Below are positions 31,140-44,932 of a stretch of DNA of 64,000 nucleotides, piece by piece (the first letter of the stretch is position 1; every line of letters begins with the position of its first letter). Under the pieces are notes generated by a model. The model saw only the letters and a list, made by a program, of their open reading frames with translations. It searched no databases and had not been told where the DNA came from. Position numbers and translations under genes: made by a program. The stretch is from Eledone cirrhosa. Taxonomy: Eukaryota. The stretch spans positions 55,862,001-55,926,000 of the forward strand of contig OZ024747.1 in the NCBI GenBank assembly GCA_964016885.1, given 5' to 3'.

Positions 31140-31697
31140 GCATCGAACTCTATAATATGGCAACCTTCTGATAATACATGTGGTTGAACATTTATAAGCG
31201 AAACACTTATATCTCCTATTATGCTATTCTTTGGGCAGTGAATATATAACAAAAAACAAAGAAAAAAATGATTATCAACATTTTTGAACATTTTTTTAAG
31301 CAGACAAACCAAAAGAAAAAGAAGTATTCTTAATTTTTGTAATGGCCGATAATTTTCCCGCAAATTTTCTTTCCCTCTCCGAAATGCAGCCATCTGATTG
31401 GCTGAGACGCATCACGTGATGCCGTCTTTTCCCGACCTTAACTGAGCAGCGTGATATGCTGTCGATATATATATATATATTTTAGAGTTCCTGTCATGAA
31501 GTGATTTGACTTGTCGACTTCGGATTGTTCTTTACAAATTCGCCGGATTATTTTCCCTGTCATGGACACTTGAGAACATTTTTTTTTCCGTTCTTCTGCC
31601 TTTATGGATGTTGAGGGAAATTTGTGCTGTTTTCTCGTTGTTCTGCATTCTTTTTACGTGAATATCACCTACTTTTATACGTCCAAGTTGATATAGA

Positions 31698-34600
31698 TTG
31701 ACAATGAGTGGTCCTAATTTACCTGCTTCTTCTTCAATTTCGAACCAGCTCGTCTCGACACGCGAGAATGCCATGTTAACAGCTATTGACGCTTTGAAGC
31801 AGCAAGTCGTTCGGTTATGCAGAGAGAATAGGCCGTATTCCTGGCGGCCTAGGAGTCGTTCGCGTTCTTTCTCGACTCCACGTCGGCATACTACTTCGCC
31901 CGCCAGTAATCCATTATTTTGCTAGTATCATGCCACCTTCGCGGAGAAGGCAAAACATTGCCGGCCTCCATGTAAATATTCAGCTTCGGAAAATGTAGAT
32001 CAGAGTCACTAAAGGCAGCAAACAAAATCTGTGAGACACAACAGAACCGCCATTTCTTCATAGAAGACCTCCTGTCTGAAAGAGCCTTCCTCGGAGACAC
32101 AGGAGCTTCGTGCAGTATTTGGCATGTTAATTGTATGACTGTAACTCCTCCCGAGTCGTCGATTGAATTGCAAGCTGTCAACCAGTCACCAAGCCGAACT
32201 TTTGGACAGATCTCGCTTCCCCTTCAGTTTCGAAATCTTCGTCGGGATTTCAAATGGGTTTTCATTGTTGCTGACCTGCCATACCCGACTTTGGGCGCGG
32301 ACTTCCTGCACCATTTTTCTTTGACGGTGGATGTCCCTCACCAACACCTAGTCGACGATATTACTGGTTCTTCTCTTTGTGGCAGGACAGCAGAAGTTTC
32401 TACAGTTAGCCCGACATTCTTCATCCCTAACTCTGGAAACCCATATCATGGATTGCTGAAATCGTTTCCGCAACTGACTCATGGAAATTTTAGAGTCACT
32501 GATCCGAACCACGCCACGGAACATTTCATTACTACTACTGGCGCTCCGGTTTTTTCGCGTCCCCGTCGTTTGCCAGCGGACAAACTGAAAGCAGCACGGT
32601 CCGAGTTCGATCATATGCTACAGCTCGGAATTATTCGTCCTTCCACGAGCCCGTGGGCATCTCCATTACATATGGTGCCAAAATCTTCTGGCGATTGGAG
32701 ACCCACAGGGGATTATAGACGATTGAACTCGATGACCGTACCGGATCGGTATCCTATCCCTCATTTGCAGGATTTTGCATCCTCGTTGCAAGGTTGTAAC
32801 ATTTTTTCGAAACTCGATTTGATACGAGCCTACAACCAGATTCCTGTCAACAGAGCCGACATCCCGAAAACGGCGATAACTACGCCATTTGGATCTTTTG
32901 AATTTCTCACCATGCCTTCCGGGTTAAGAAATGCTGCTAGCACCTTAGAGCGATTTATGGATGAGGTCACTCTTGGCCTCGATTTTGTATACACATATAT
33001 TGATGATCTTCTTGTTGCCAGCTCTTCTCCAGAGCAACATTTGCGACATCTGGACCTTCTATTTTGTCGTTTGAAGGATTACAATGTTCGGATTAATCCA
33101 TGAAAATGTGTTTTTGTTTCCGAATCTCTGAATTTTTTGGGCCCTGTCATTGACGCTGACGGTATTCGACCTATTCCTGAGAGAGTTAAAGCTATAGAGG
33201 ATTTGCCTCCACCAACCTCACTCCGTCAGTTGCGCCAATATTCTTGGGGCTGATTAATTTTTATAGGCGGTTTGTGCCTAATTGTGCTAAGCTACTCTTC
33301 TCTTTGACGGAAATTTTAAAAAATTGCGGAAAGAAAAATAAAGACATTTCTTTGAATGAAACTCAGCTCGAGGATTTTGAGAATGGGAAAATTGCTCTAG
33401 CCAATGCATCTTTGCTGGCTCACCCAGTGTCCAATGCTAAGCTTTCGCTTTGTGTTGATGCGTCGGATACTGCCGCGGGCGCAGTTTTGCAACAAAGTAG
33501 GAATGATCAACAGCAAGCGTTGGAATTTTCTCCAGGAAGCTGAAACCTGCCGAAACCCGCTACAGCACCTTTGGACGGGAGTTGTTAGCTATATACTTAT
33601 CGTTGAAGCATTTTTCGCACATGCTTGAGGGAAGAACGTTCACCATCTTCACGGACCACAGGCCTTGCAAGCGAAGGCCGACAATTATTCGCCCAGAGAA
33701 ACTAAACATCTCGACCTCATCTCTTAATTTTCTAATGATATTCAACATATTCCGGGTTCTATGAATACAGCGGCCGACGCCCTGTCTCGTTTGCCGATTG
33801 CTTCGATCTCATCGTCCGATGACATAGATTTGAATCGCTTGGCCGCCGGTCAGCCTATCCTCGAATCGTTGGATGTTACATCGTGAATTGCAGGATGAAA
33901 TACCTACCATTATCGACCGCAGACGGACGGATCCTCTGCGACGTCTCTTTGGATGCGCCACGCCCTTTTGTTCCGTTGAACCATCGTTGAACTGTGTTTC
34001 TTGTTTTACACGACATTTCACATCCAGGATCTTCTGCCACAGTAAAACTCATAACGGCTAGATTCTTCTGGCCAAATATGAGACGTGATATTACTGTTTG
34101 GTGCCGTTCCTGTGCTGCTTGCCAGAAATCAAAAGTTCACAGGCATGTTAAGACTCCTCTAGGTACTTTTAGTAACCCGGACGCTCGATTTCGCCACATT
34201 CATGTGGACATCGTGGGACCTTGGCCAATCACCGGTGGTCATAATTACATATTGACTGTTATCGATCGTTGTTCGCGATGGCCTGAAGCCATCCCTTTGA
34301 AAGATATCACTGCTGAGACGACAGCGCGTGCCCTTGTGTCTGGATGGATCGCTCGATATGGAGTACCAACGTCAATTACCACGGACCGTGGAAGGCAGTT
34401 TGAATCGAATCTCTTCCATGAATTAACGAAAATCATCGGCGCTAAGCGCATCCAAACGACTGCATATCATCCTGCCTCTAATGGAATGGTGGATCGTTTC
34501 CACCGACAACTAAAATCCGCTCTATGGACTTCTGACTCTACGCGTTGGAGCGAGTACCTCCCTATTGTGGTGATGGGGATTTGGTCAACAATAAAGGAGG

Positions 34601-35100
34601 GCCTTGGGTTCTCCCCGGTCGAATTATTATATGTTGCTCCTCTAGCGTTACCTGGGAAAATGCTTGCCCCTGTCGATCTTGCTGCACAAGATCCTCTTTC
34701 CTACGTATCCTGTCTGCGTTCTTATTTTCAGGACCTGCCGCCGATGGATACGAGGAAGCAAACTGTAAAATCTGCAGTTCCGAGGGCTATTGCCTCGTGG
34801 ACCCACGTGTTCGTGAGAAACGATGCTGTGAGACCACCTCTCACACAACCGTACTCTGGACCCTACCGTGTATTCGCTCGTACCGAGAAACATTTCACTG
34901 TAGACATTAAGGGTTCCAGAGAGACGGTTTCTATTGATCGACTCAAACGAGCACATTTGGACACATACGCTATCACACCTGAGCCACAAACGCCCCCGTC
35001 TTTTTCTTTCGCACACACACCTGCTTATTCGCCCCCCCCCCCCCATCACCAAGATATAAGACTACAACCCGTTCCGGTCGTGAGGTTCATTGGCCCAAAA
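31698..35100 (+). pseudogene. decayed Ty3/Gypsy gag-pol, CsRn1-like
   Basis: Gag C-X2-H-X9-C-X3-C (31920-31973, TAG inside), protease [17 protein letters not shown] and YIDD, RNase H DASD, integrase HHCC and D..D, GPY motif; stops and frameshifts. Confidence 0.93.
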
Positions 35101-35544
35101 AACTGTGTAGCACTGTATATTTTTAAGCTGCTATTGTGCGGCGCTTTAATCCTGTATTTCCTATTTGAACTTTTAAAAATTGTATTTACATTTTATTATA
35201 ATTTTTTTCTTTCTCATTCTTGCATGCCTGTTTCATATGTTCTTTTGAAGTTTGTTGTGCCTTTCATGCTCGGTTGATTTGGGGTTTTTGCTAGTTGCTC
35301 ATCGTTTTCTACATACATGGTCCGATGCATAGAAGGCTTCTGTGCTTGGTATAGCAAGAACTATATGAAAAGTGCTAGATACCTTAGGGTACAAGAGACA
35401 GCTTAATATCTAATCTAAATACCGACTGTGAATAAATAAAATGTTGAGTAAAGAGAAGAAAATAATTGTTTCTACTTTTGGCACAAGGCCAGCAATTCAC
35501 AAGTACATTACTGCTACTTTATTTTATTGACCCCGAGAAGAAAA

Positions 35545-36540
35545 TAATGATAATTATTTCTTTATTGGCCACCAGGGCCAAAACATATAGGACAATACAA
35601 AAACAGGGACAATGGGGATTTACATAGAACATGTAAGAAAAATAAGATAACACAAAACAACAATAAATTAATAACAATAAAATTCCTAAATGGGGGGGAG
35701 TACCACCCAGGGGTAACTTAGAAACCCCACAGATACTAAACCACCCTAATCTTCAAGAGCAGCATCAAAAGGTACCCTCTAACTCTCCAGTCTACAGATG
35801 CATAGTTAGAGCCGGCCCATCCACTCAGACCATTCTCCCTACATTCACAATCCTTCAACAAATATCCTGGAGATGGGGAGTGGGGAGGGGGGCAGCATTT
35901 CCCTTTCCACCCTCACCTTCCTTTCCAAGTCGAACTTGATAAAGTCGATCTGGCTTCAGTCCTTTTAGATGCGTCCATCACACAACCTCTTTCGCTACAA
36001 CCACCAGACAGGAAATCTACCTGCTCTTTCTGGTCAAAAGAAAGTGTTGGACAATCTTTCTGGTGGAGTCGACCAATAGCCAGATCCTTCCTATACACAA
36101 TAATAGATATTTGACAAAACTCCACAAGTCAGCAATGTTCAGACAGCAGAATGGTTTCATTCCTCTGCATGTATCTCAGACCGCTCTATTTGACAGCACA
36201 GTCTGTAGAGATTCTCTTGAAATGGCAGTGCCACAGAATAGCACTAGCAGACCAGAGATTTCTGGAAATTGCCTATAGGTCCTGGTCCAAAAGACTTTTG
36301 GAACAGACTGGCTAGTTTGTTCTTGTTGATGTCTAGAATATCATGTTGCACTTGCCCACCTCTAGTTCTCTATAGAACACTAACATGGGATTTCCAATGA
36401 CCACATTGCCCGATTGGTAGAGGGCTGTGAACACCTGACAACATTCCAGATGCCAGGCATACAATTTTGGTCACTATTTGATGCAAGAATGCAGCTCAGT
36501 CAAAGTGACGAGCTGCAGAAAGACATGCTTCACAAAATCA
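35545..36540 (-). pseudogene. highly decayed L1/Tx1-like LINE 3' region
   Basis: Minus strand reads LFQKSFGPGPIGNFQKSL..ALP..LYR, reminiscent of L1/Tx1 ORF2 C-termini; aataaa near the 3' end. Confidence 0.45.
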
Positions 36541-37814
36541 ACCACAACTGATTACCATTTAGGATTATTTGAAATGCCATATCCTCACCGTATTAGTATT
36601 GTTGTTAATTTTTTTTGTTGCTTTTTATTGTTTTTTAATTGGAGAGTTGTTGTTTTTATCATTGTTGTTTTTGCTGATGCTGTCATTTAAAAACAAACTT
36701 TTGCTGTTTCATCTTGTCGATGGCCTGCTGTTCAATTCAGTTAAGGAATTTTTGTCGTCTACCATTTTATTTTTGTAAAAATTGAGGGAGTGTGTTTGGA
36801 AAACAAACTCATGTTTAGCCCATAAGGGCTACATAAGGAGAAAAACTAACCAGCTCACATAAATACTGGTTAGTTTAACTATAAAAGGATATCAAATTTC
36901 AACAAAATACGTTGACAATAATGGAATAACAACAAACTTATGAAAGCAATCTGTAACAAGTATTGATAGACCAAACTAAAAAAGTGATAATAATAGTAAT
37001 GGTTAATAAAAATTGCTTCTAATCTAGGCCACCAATATGGGACAGAGGCAGGTTGATTATATTGACCCTAGTTCATGGGCAAATTTAACCATGACTTACA
37101 CACTAAGTAGAGATTTGGCAACAATTTACAAGGCATTTTATCTGACCCTTATATAATAATGATAATGTTGATGATGTTAATAATAATGAATAAGCTGGAA
37201 ATGGATAGATTTGGGAGTTTTACTGAGGGACATAAAAAAATAATTCCAGTTTCCTGCAAGAAGGCATTCGAGGAAGTTGTTGTTGCTGTTGTTGCTGTTA
37301 CTGTTGTCATTGTTGTTGCTGGTTTTGGTAACATTTCTTTTTCTTTGTTGCTGTACATTTTGTGTATGTTGTTGTTGTTCCAGCTGCTGGTATCGTTGAA
37401 GCCATTGTTGTTGTCATCAATGTTGTTGCTTTTGCAGTTATTGTAGTTGTTATATTTATCGTTGTTGTACAGCTTTCTCTTTTAGTATTACTGCAGTTGT
37501 CCCTGTTGTTTCCTTGGCTGTTGTTTGTTAGGTTTTTCTTTTTGTTTTCGTCTATCTGTTCAATAAAACAGAGACAAGTGGGGTAATTTAAATGCTGTGG
37601 GGAACTAAAGATGAAGTTTATACTTCAAGCCTGATTAAATCTAAAAAAAAGCAGGGTCAATAATCCATTCACATTTAATTCACCTCCACACATTATTATT
37701 TATTTTTTATATTTTTAGAGAAGGAAGACAATAAAGAATTGATGGGAATAAAAATAAAAATTGCAAACAAAATAAAACAAATGCTCATGTGTGTCTGTGA
37801 ATACATATATATAT

Positions 37815-37891
37815 ATGAATTGATTCAAAATAAGGATGTGTAAAATTACTTATAAATATAAAAAAAAAACAAACAGAATCACACACAACAC

Positions 37892-37927
<36 letters not shown>

Positions 37928-38009
37928 GTGTTGTGTGTGTGTGATTCTGTTTGTTTTTTTTTTTATATTTCTAAGTAATTTTACACATCCTTACTCTGAA
38001 TCAATTCAT
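37815..38009. repeat. foldback inverted repeat centred on (TA)n
   Basis: ~80-bp near-perfect arms. Confidence 0.9.
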
Positions 38010-38936
38010 TTAGCGAGAAAATCCTAATAAAATTATAACAAAATGTGCACACACATATATATATATGTGCATTTGTGTGTGTGTGTGTGTGTGTACACAT
38101 ATAGGCATATATGTGTGTGTATGCATGTATATCGTATATATAAACGTGTGTATATACATATATGCATGCATATATATATATATACGCACATACACACACA
38201 ATTATGTTCATGTATTCATATGTACATCTGCATATGTGAGCTGAACGTCTGTGTAAACAAGTAGAAAAATCTTGTAAAATATGAAATAATATAAAACATA
38301 ATATTTAATATAATAGACTATAATTTAATTTGTTTTCTAACACAAAGATAAGAAAAGAAAGGAAAAGCAAAGGGTAAGAAAGAATATAAAAGGAAAGAAA
38401 CAGGAGAGTTAAGTGATGGTGTAGGTGGGTAGTGGGTGAGAGAGGAAGAAAAATAGAGAATTATTGACAATAATGTAATTTATCAATTCAGACATCAATG
38501 ATGACAATAAGTAACCCTGAAGGAATTTCAAAAATAAAATATATTTGAAATCAACAAAAGATGTCAAAATAAATAAAAATTAAATAATGATGATGATGAT
38601 GATGATAACAATAATAATAGTAATAATAATAATGATAATAATAATAAAACAAATAATTGAATAGTAATAAAAAAAGGAAATTTAAAAAGCCAGAAAAAGC
38701 AAATATGTTAACCATCTGAATAGTATTGCTGAATCATGAAATAAATTTTTAGTGAACTGATTGTGAAATAAAGTGTTATGGCACGATTAAATTGAATGTT
38801 TGATTGTATTAACAGCTGAAATAGTTGATTTGCTTAGACATTGATGTTGTTATTTAGCTCTAAGGCAACCCTGTTTAAGCACGGATCTGTTTTTTTTAAG
38901 CTGTTCCAGTTGTGACCATCTCAGCTTTCTCTTCTA

Positions 38937-38961
38937 TAATATATATATATATATATATAGA

Positions 38962-38999
<38 letters not shown>

Positions 39000-39410
39000 T
39001 GTATATATATATATATATAGATGAATATATATATATATATATATAGATGAATATATATATATATATATATAGATGAATATATATATATATATATATAGAT
39101 GAATATATATATATATATATATATAGATGAATATATATATATATATATATAGATGAATATATATATATATAGATGAATATATATATATATATAGATGAAT
39201 ATATATATATATAGATGAATATATATATATATAGATGAATATATATATATATATAGATGAATATATATATATATATAGATGAATATATATATATATATAT
39301 ATATAGATGAATATATATATATATATAGATGAATATATATATATATATATATAGATGAATATATATATATATATATATATATAGATGAATATATATATAT
39401 AAATATATAA
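38937..39410. repeat. minisatellite (TA)n-gatgaa
   Basis: Repeated atatatagatgaat units. Confidence 0.95.
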
Positions 39411-40136
39411 ATGAAAGGCAGACTGTATGATGCGTGTATCCGAACATCAATGTTACCTGGTAGTGAGACCTGGGCGCTGAAGGTGGAAGACTTACGTAGA
39501 TTAGAATGTAACGAAGCCTGCATGCTCCGATGGATGTGTAATAGTAATATACGCGAACGGCAAAGCATAAATGAATTGAGAGAGAGACTGAGCATCAGAG
39601 GAATCAAATGCTGTGTGCAGGAGAGGCGGTTGCGTTGGTATGGACATGTGATGCGTATGAAGGATGACAGCTGCATAAAAAGGTGTAGAGCACTAGAAGT
39701 CAATGGAAGCCGCGGAGTGAGGAGACCCAAGATGACCTGGGATGAGTTGATAGGGCCGACCTTACCCAGTTGCACCTCTCAAAGGCGATGACACACGACC
39801 GTGATCTCTGGCGTCACGCAGTAATACAGAGTACCCGACCTCCCATGGGTACAAGCTGAAAGATATAGACAATATGCCCCCACACCCTCCCACTGCAAAG
39901 TGGTCGTGGAGGTGCCACGGCAAAAAAGCACCCAGCCCATACTGTAAAGTGGACGTGTAGGCGCCATGGAAAAAAGCACCCAGCACTCACTGTAAATGAG
40001 GTTGCTGTAGAAACCAAGCCAAAATCAGTTCCTGTATGAGCAAGGCATAATCAGCCGACCAGACACTTCCCACAACAGGACAACCTGTCTAACCCATGCT
40101 AGCATGGAAGAACGAACGTAAAACGGTGATGATGAT
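39411..40136 (+). mobile_element. 5'-truncated RTE-A copy (C-terminus and 3' UTR)
   Basis: [19 protein letters not shown]; 3' UTR as in 46344-46637; (GAT)n tail. Confidence 0.93.
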
Positions 40137-40795
40137 ATAGACTATATATATATATATACACATAAATATAAGTCTCTTCCAAACCCATGCAAACATGGAA
40201 AATACAGATGTACAATGATGATGATGTTGATGATGATATGAGTTTCATTTTATCAAAACTTATCCTTAATCATGCATAACAGGTGTTTCATAAATGGTAA
40301 GCTCTTAGTCTTAATTGATTATAAACAGTTTCGTCACTGCAGTTTGCTCACATAGCACTGTGCTGGTATGAATCTGTATGTGTGTGTGTAATGACAGCAG
40401 ACAATACAGTATAGTAAGTTTCTTAAGGTTTGTCAAGCACAAGGCACCCCCTTTAGTGCTAGTACCATGAAAATATGTATCCAGTATTCTATGTAAAGTG
40501 GTTAGCAACTGAGCAGGGTTGGTTACTTTTGTATTGCCAACAACATTGCAAGTTCTCTATTATTGGTTCCATGATGAAATGTAATAGAGAACTCTTCCTT
40601 ATTATGAACTACAGCTCAACTAAAGGACATTACCAGAATTATCAGTATTTTTTATTACAATGGATCTAAGAAATACAATCAATATTAACTTTAACATAAA
40701 CTGCTTAAATGTCCGCCTTAGCCCAGATAATAACTCTTATAAGCCTTGAAACAAACCCTTTAATATACTCCTTTTATATGTTTTTCGATGCTTAA

Positions 40796-40963
40796 TAATA
40801 CTAAATAATATAACAACCATAATAATAAATAATTGTTTCTACTTTAGGCACAAGGCCAGTAATTACCCAATAAAGTACCAGTAATACACTGGGTAATTAC
40901 TGGCCTTGTGCCTAAAGTAGAAACAATTATTTATTATTATGGTTGTTATATTATTTAGTATTA
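40796..40963. repeat. perfect 74-bp-arm palindrome built from a SINE 3' end
   Basis: 40796-40869 is the reverse complement of 40890-40963; 20-nt spacer. Confidence 0.92.
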
Positions 40964-41605
40964 AGGTGGATTGGCAGTATCGGTAGAGGGTCAGACGCCA
41001 TGCTTTCCAGCATAGTTACGTGCCTTAACAATCTGAGTTCAAATCCCGCCGAGGTTAACTTCGCCTTTCATCCTTATGGGTTCGATAAAATAAAGTACCA
41101 GTAATGTACTGGGTAATTGCTGGCCTTGTGCCAAAAGTAGAAACAATTATTTATTATTATGGTGGTGGACTGGCAGAATCGGTAGAGTGTCAGACAGCAT
41201 GCTTATTGGCACAAAGTTACGTCCCCTTACGCCCTGAGTTTAAATCCTGCCAACATTAGCTTCACCTTTCATCCTTACTAGATCGATGAAATAAAGTACC
41301 ATTAATGCCCTTGTGTTGATTTAATCGACTTTCCCTTTCCTCCAAAATTGCTGGTCTTGTGCCTATATAAGAAACAGTTATTATTATGAGGGTGGTGGAT
41401 TGGCAGTATCATTAGAGCATTGGACACCATACTTCGTGGTATGGAGTTAAGGGCATCTATGTTCTGAGTTCAAATCCAGTCAATGTTAGATTTGCCTTTC
41501 ATCCTTGCAAGGTCAATAAAATAAAGTACCAGTAATGCACTGTGGTACATTTAATCGAATTTCCATTTCTTCCAAAATTGTTGGCCTTGTACCTATATTA
41601 TTATA
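40964..41605 (+). mobile_element. three head-to-tail copies of SINE family B (Meta-domain-like centre)
   Basis: Each has tggcagWatcggtagag, gagttcaaatcc, cctttcatcctt..gataaaataaagtacc and a (tta)n tail. Confidence 0.85.
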
Positions 41606-42028
41606 ATTACTTTCATTATAATCTTACTTATTCTGTGATGAATTTAAATACAGTAAATAAAAAAAAACAAATGTTAATTAAAATAATTAGATAAAACATT
41701 TTAAAATGTGACAAATCAGATCAAGTCTGAAATGAAATAATTGATATATATCATATTATATGCCTTGTGATGGGGATAAACACACACAAAACACAATCAT
41801 GAAAAAATATGACAAAAAAAACATATAGAATATTGCTAAAAATGTCTCTCTCTCTCCCCACCCCTTTCCCCCCAAAAAAAATTTTTTAGTAAATAATAAT
41901 AAATAGGCAAAAATAAAATGAGGATAAATAATATATGCAAAGAGAAAAAAAAATTAACATATATATATATATATATTGAAAAAAACGTGGATGTTAGAAA
42001 ACTTTCTATACAGGCCACGTAATATAAT

Positions 42029-42397
42029 AAAAATGATTTTTAAAAAAGGGTTTGAAAAGCACACCTGGTATATATACAAACAGGATATTATAACTTGTAC
42101 AACAATTGATGTTAGCAAAGCTTGCTTTCTCTGTTTGGTATTATCAAAACATTTATTATTAGGTTAAACTCTTTTTCTTTTGTTAAAACTCCTGCATGTT
42201 GATACATTGTGGTTGAGAATCAGCATGCAGGAGTTTTAACAAAAGAACAATTTAACCTAATAACAAATGTTTTGATAATTTCAAACAGAGAAAGCAGGCT
42301 TTGCTAATTTTTAACATCAATTTTTGTGCATGTTATAAAGATTCTTTTTATATATACTACGTGAGCTTTTCAAACCCTTTTTTAAAAAATCATTTTA
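42029..42397. repeat. long imperfect hairpin (arms ~175 bp), foldback/MITE-like
   Basis: aaaatgatttttaaaaaagggtttgaaaagc..ttgttaaaactcctgcatg mirrored by catgcaggagttttaacaa..gcttttcaaaccctttttttaaaaaatcatttt. Confidence 0.9.
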
Positions 42398-42554
42398 CTT
42401 ATATATATATATGTTTACTGTCTCACTCGTTCCCTTATTTACGTGTCCCAACGACTTTCTTTAGCCGTTGCTCGCACCAACCGGAGGTATATGGTCTTTA
42501 AAGCGATGAAATACCAATGAAGGTTGGAAGATCACTGATGAAGGACTAAATGTA

Positions 42555-42590
<36 letters not shown>

Positions 42591-42603
42591 TATATATAAA
42601 TGC

Positions 42604-42643
42604 TCTAGTGACTTTTAGGATACTCTGTGTATATGTGCATTTG

Positions 42644-42679
<36 letters not shown>

Positions 42680-42920
42680 TAGATAGACAGATAGATTGGG
42701 GTTACCAATTTAGACTAGTAAGATCCTACCCAGCTAGTATTTGACACTTTGGAAAGTAGAGTTTATGAATTGTAAATGGTTAGTGTCGAACGAATGAGCT
42801 CTTGCAATTTTGACAATGAATGGATACTGCTATTGACTTGCTATCGAAACAGTTTGGGCTCAGTCATCGGACACTAAATATTTATAACATATATACAAAG
42901 ATAAATAGATATAGACATAT
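42604..42920 (+). repeat. diverged direct repeat (second copy 44139-44467)
   Basis: Shared tctagtgacttttaggatac, ccagctagta, tgtaaatggttag, tgctattgacttg, ggacactaaatattta. Confidence 0.8.
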
Positions 42921-43519
42921 TTGTAGCTATAAATATAGGTGTGCATAACCCATGCTAATGTGGAAGATGGACGTTAAACAACAATGATGATGATGCTGGA
43001 AACAAAAGTTTGAGTATGAGTTCATAAAGATTTTATATATATTTTTTTTAAATTAACTTATGTACAAAAATTTATTTTCCCTCTCATGGCAATCTTCTGT
43101 GTGGTTCGTCTGAGAGGCAGTAGCCCTAATCTAGCTTATGGAGGTTATTGTGTGGTGGTCAGTGCCTTATTGATCTGAATAATAGTAGGCCCCCAACTGA
43201 TGTCATGGTGACTGGTCAGCCAATTGTAGAGATAGCACTGATCACCCTGAGGGAGACACATTTAAATCATTTAACCTCAGCTGGTAGTTGACCTAATCAC
43301 TCTGGTAAAAACAAAAGAAATCTTAGACTGTCTTTAAGGATACTTGGAATATTCATACATTACTGGACCGAAAATGGATTAACAGACATGAGCATTATAT
43401 TGCTATGGTAGCTCTTGGGCTTAAACAAATCAACCTTAGCATTGCTCTTCCTAGAGAAAACTCATCATGAAGGTACTGAAAGCTGAAGATGTTCCACCAA
43501 GATTTTTTATTTCTATTAG

Positions 43520-43620
43520 CAAAATGTCTAAGGACACAAAAGGAAGAGAACTCAACCCAGATGGTGAAACTGATAACTCTTTGATCAAAGCTGGAGTACA
43601 TCAAGGAGACACAATAGCTC
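43520..43620 (+). pseudogene. old non-LTR RT fragment (partly repeated from 44470)
   Basis: PDGETD..I.AGVHQGDT.A motif. Confidence 0.6.
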
Positions 43621-43681
43621 TGCATCGCTTCCAATTCCACCCCGCCCATCCCTTCAATCTATCTAATTTATCATTCTTTCT

Positions 43682-43714
43682 TCTGCTGAAGGGCTAGCGT
43701 CTGAAACATTAAGA
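43682..43714 (+). ncRNA. decayed minimal hammerhead ribozyme
   Basis: tt-CTGcTGA-agggc tagc gtct-GAAAcatTA-aga; one core substitution and weak stems. Confidence 0.5.
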
Positions 43715-44101
43715 CCCTCTTCCTGCTATTTCAAACGTCAACCTAATATATTCCTTCAATATACTGTACCAATTGTGTTGTTGTTTCTGTGTAACGTTTA
43801 CATACATACACACACACACAGACATTTATTTTTTCTGTTGGTTCGTACACTGGCATTTAATTTTAATATTGTATCCATTGATAATAGATTAATTGCTATT
43901 AATTTCTTACATGAAAATATAATTAAATTTATTATCGATGTAAATGAAATGAAACAAATGTCTAAAACTGCGAATTGAAACCATATCGCGGAAGATTGAC
44001 TTACACTCTATGGTTATTTTTAGAGTAGTGTCGCTTTGACGAGTCAAAGGGGTGAGGCAGACCCTTAAATATGTTTCCCGTGCTATTTCCAACTTCATCT
44101 T

Positions 44102-44137
<36 letters not shown>

Positions 44138-44932
44138 GTCTAGTGACTTTTAGGATACCCTATGTATGTATATATGTGTGTGTGTATATATCTCGTATAT
44201 ATATATATATATAGATAGATAGATAGATTGGGGTCAACAGTTTAGAGAAGTCAGTCCATGTCCAGCTAGTACTTGACCTCTTTGGAAAGAAGAGTGTAAA
44301 TGGTTAGAGTCCGACAGCTGAACTGGTATTGTTTTGAGAGTGAATGAATATTGCTATTGACTTGTCATCAAAACAGTGTGAGCTCAGCCATTGGACACTA
44401 AATATTTACAATATATATATAGGGAGATATGTATACACACATATATATATATAGATATAGACATATTAGATCAAAGCTGGAGTACTTCAAGGAGACACAA
44501 TAGCTATAAATATCCTCACCATCATATACAAAAGATATATCTAGGAGAATCAATGTAAGACTATTCAGTACAAAAGAGAATCTGTCTTTTATATGCATCA
44601 AGAACTTGCATAATCACAAAAGGACTGCAGAAACAACTGGATGGAGGGTATACGTACATGCTGCAAATAGCAACAAATACACCATAGCTGGGACACACAT
44701 CAAAACTGTGAAGTCTGTGGGGCAATCTGGAGAGTGACCAAATTGCATTGAAGAATATATGTACACACATGCATGTATCATACCTGAGCATGTGGTTAGC
44801 TCACCAGAAGTGAGTGACCTCCTAGTATTTGTTAGGACATCATACAAGAATGAGGAAAACTGTTGTAAGCCCTTCAACTCAATGGCAGACAATAATGTTG
44901 ATGTGTCTTTCTTTTTGGATAAATATCACAGT

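Noticed and set aside
35100-35450. 3' LTR or polypurine tract of the Gypsy
   Set aside because: No match to 30704-31104 and no clear polypurine tract
40329-40365. Possible plus-strand micro-exon (cag...gtatga)
   Set aside because: Splice-like dinucleotides only; no homology or partner exons
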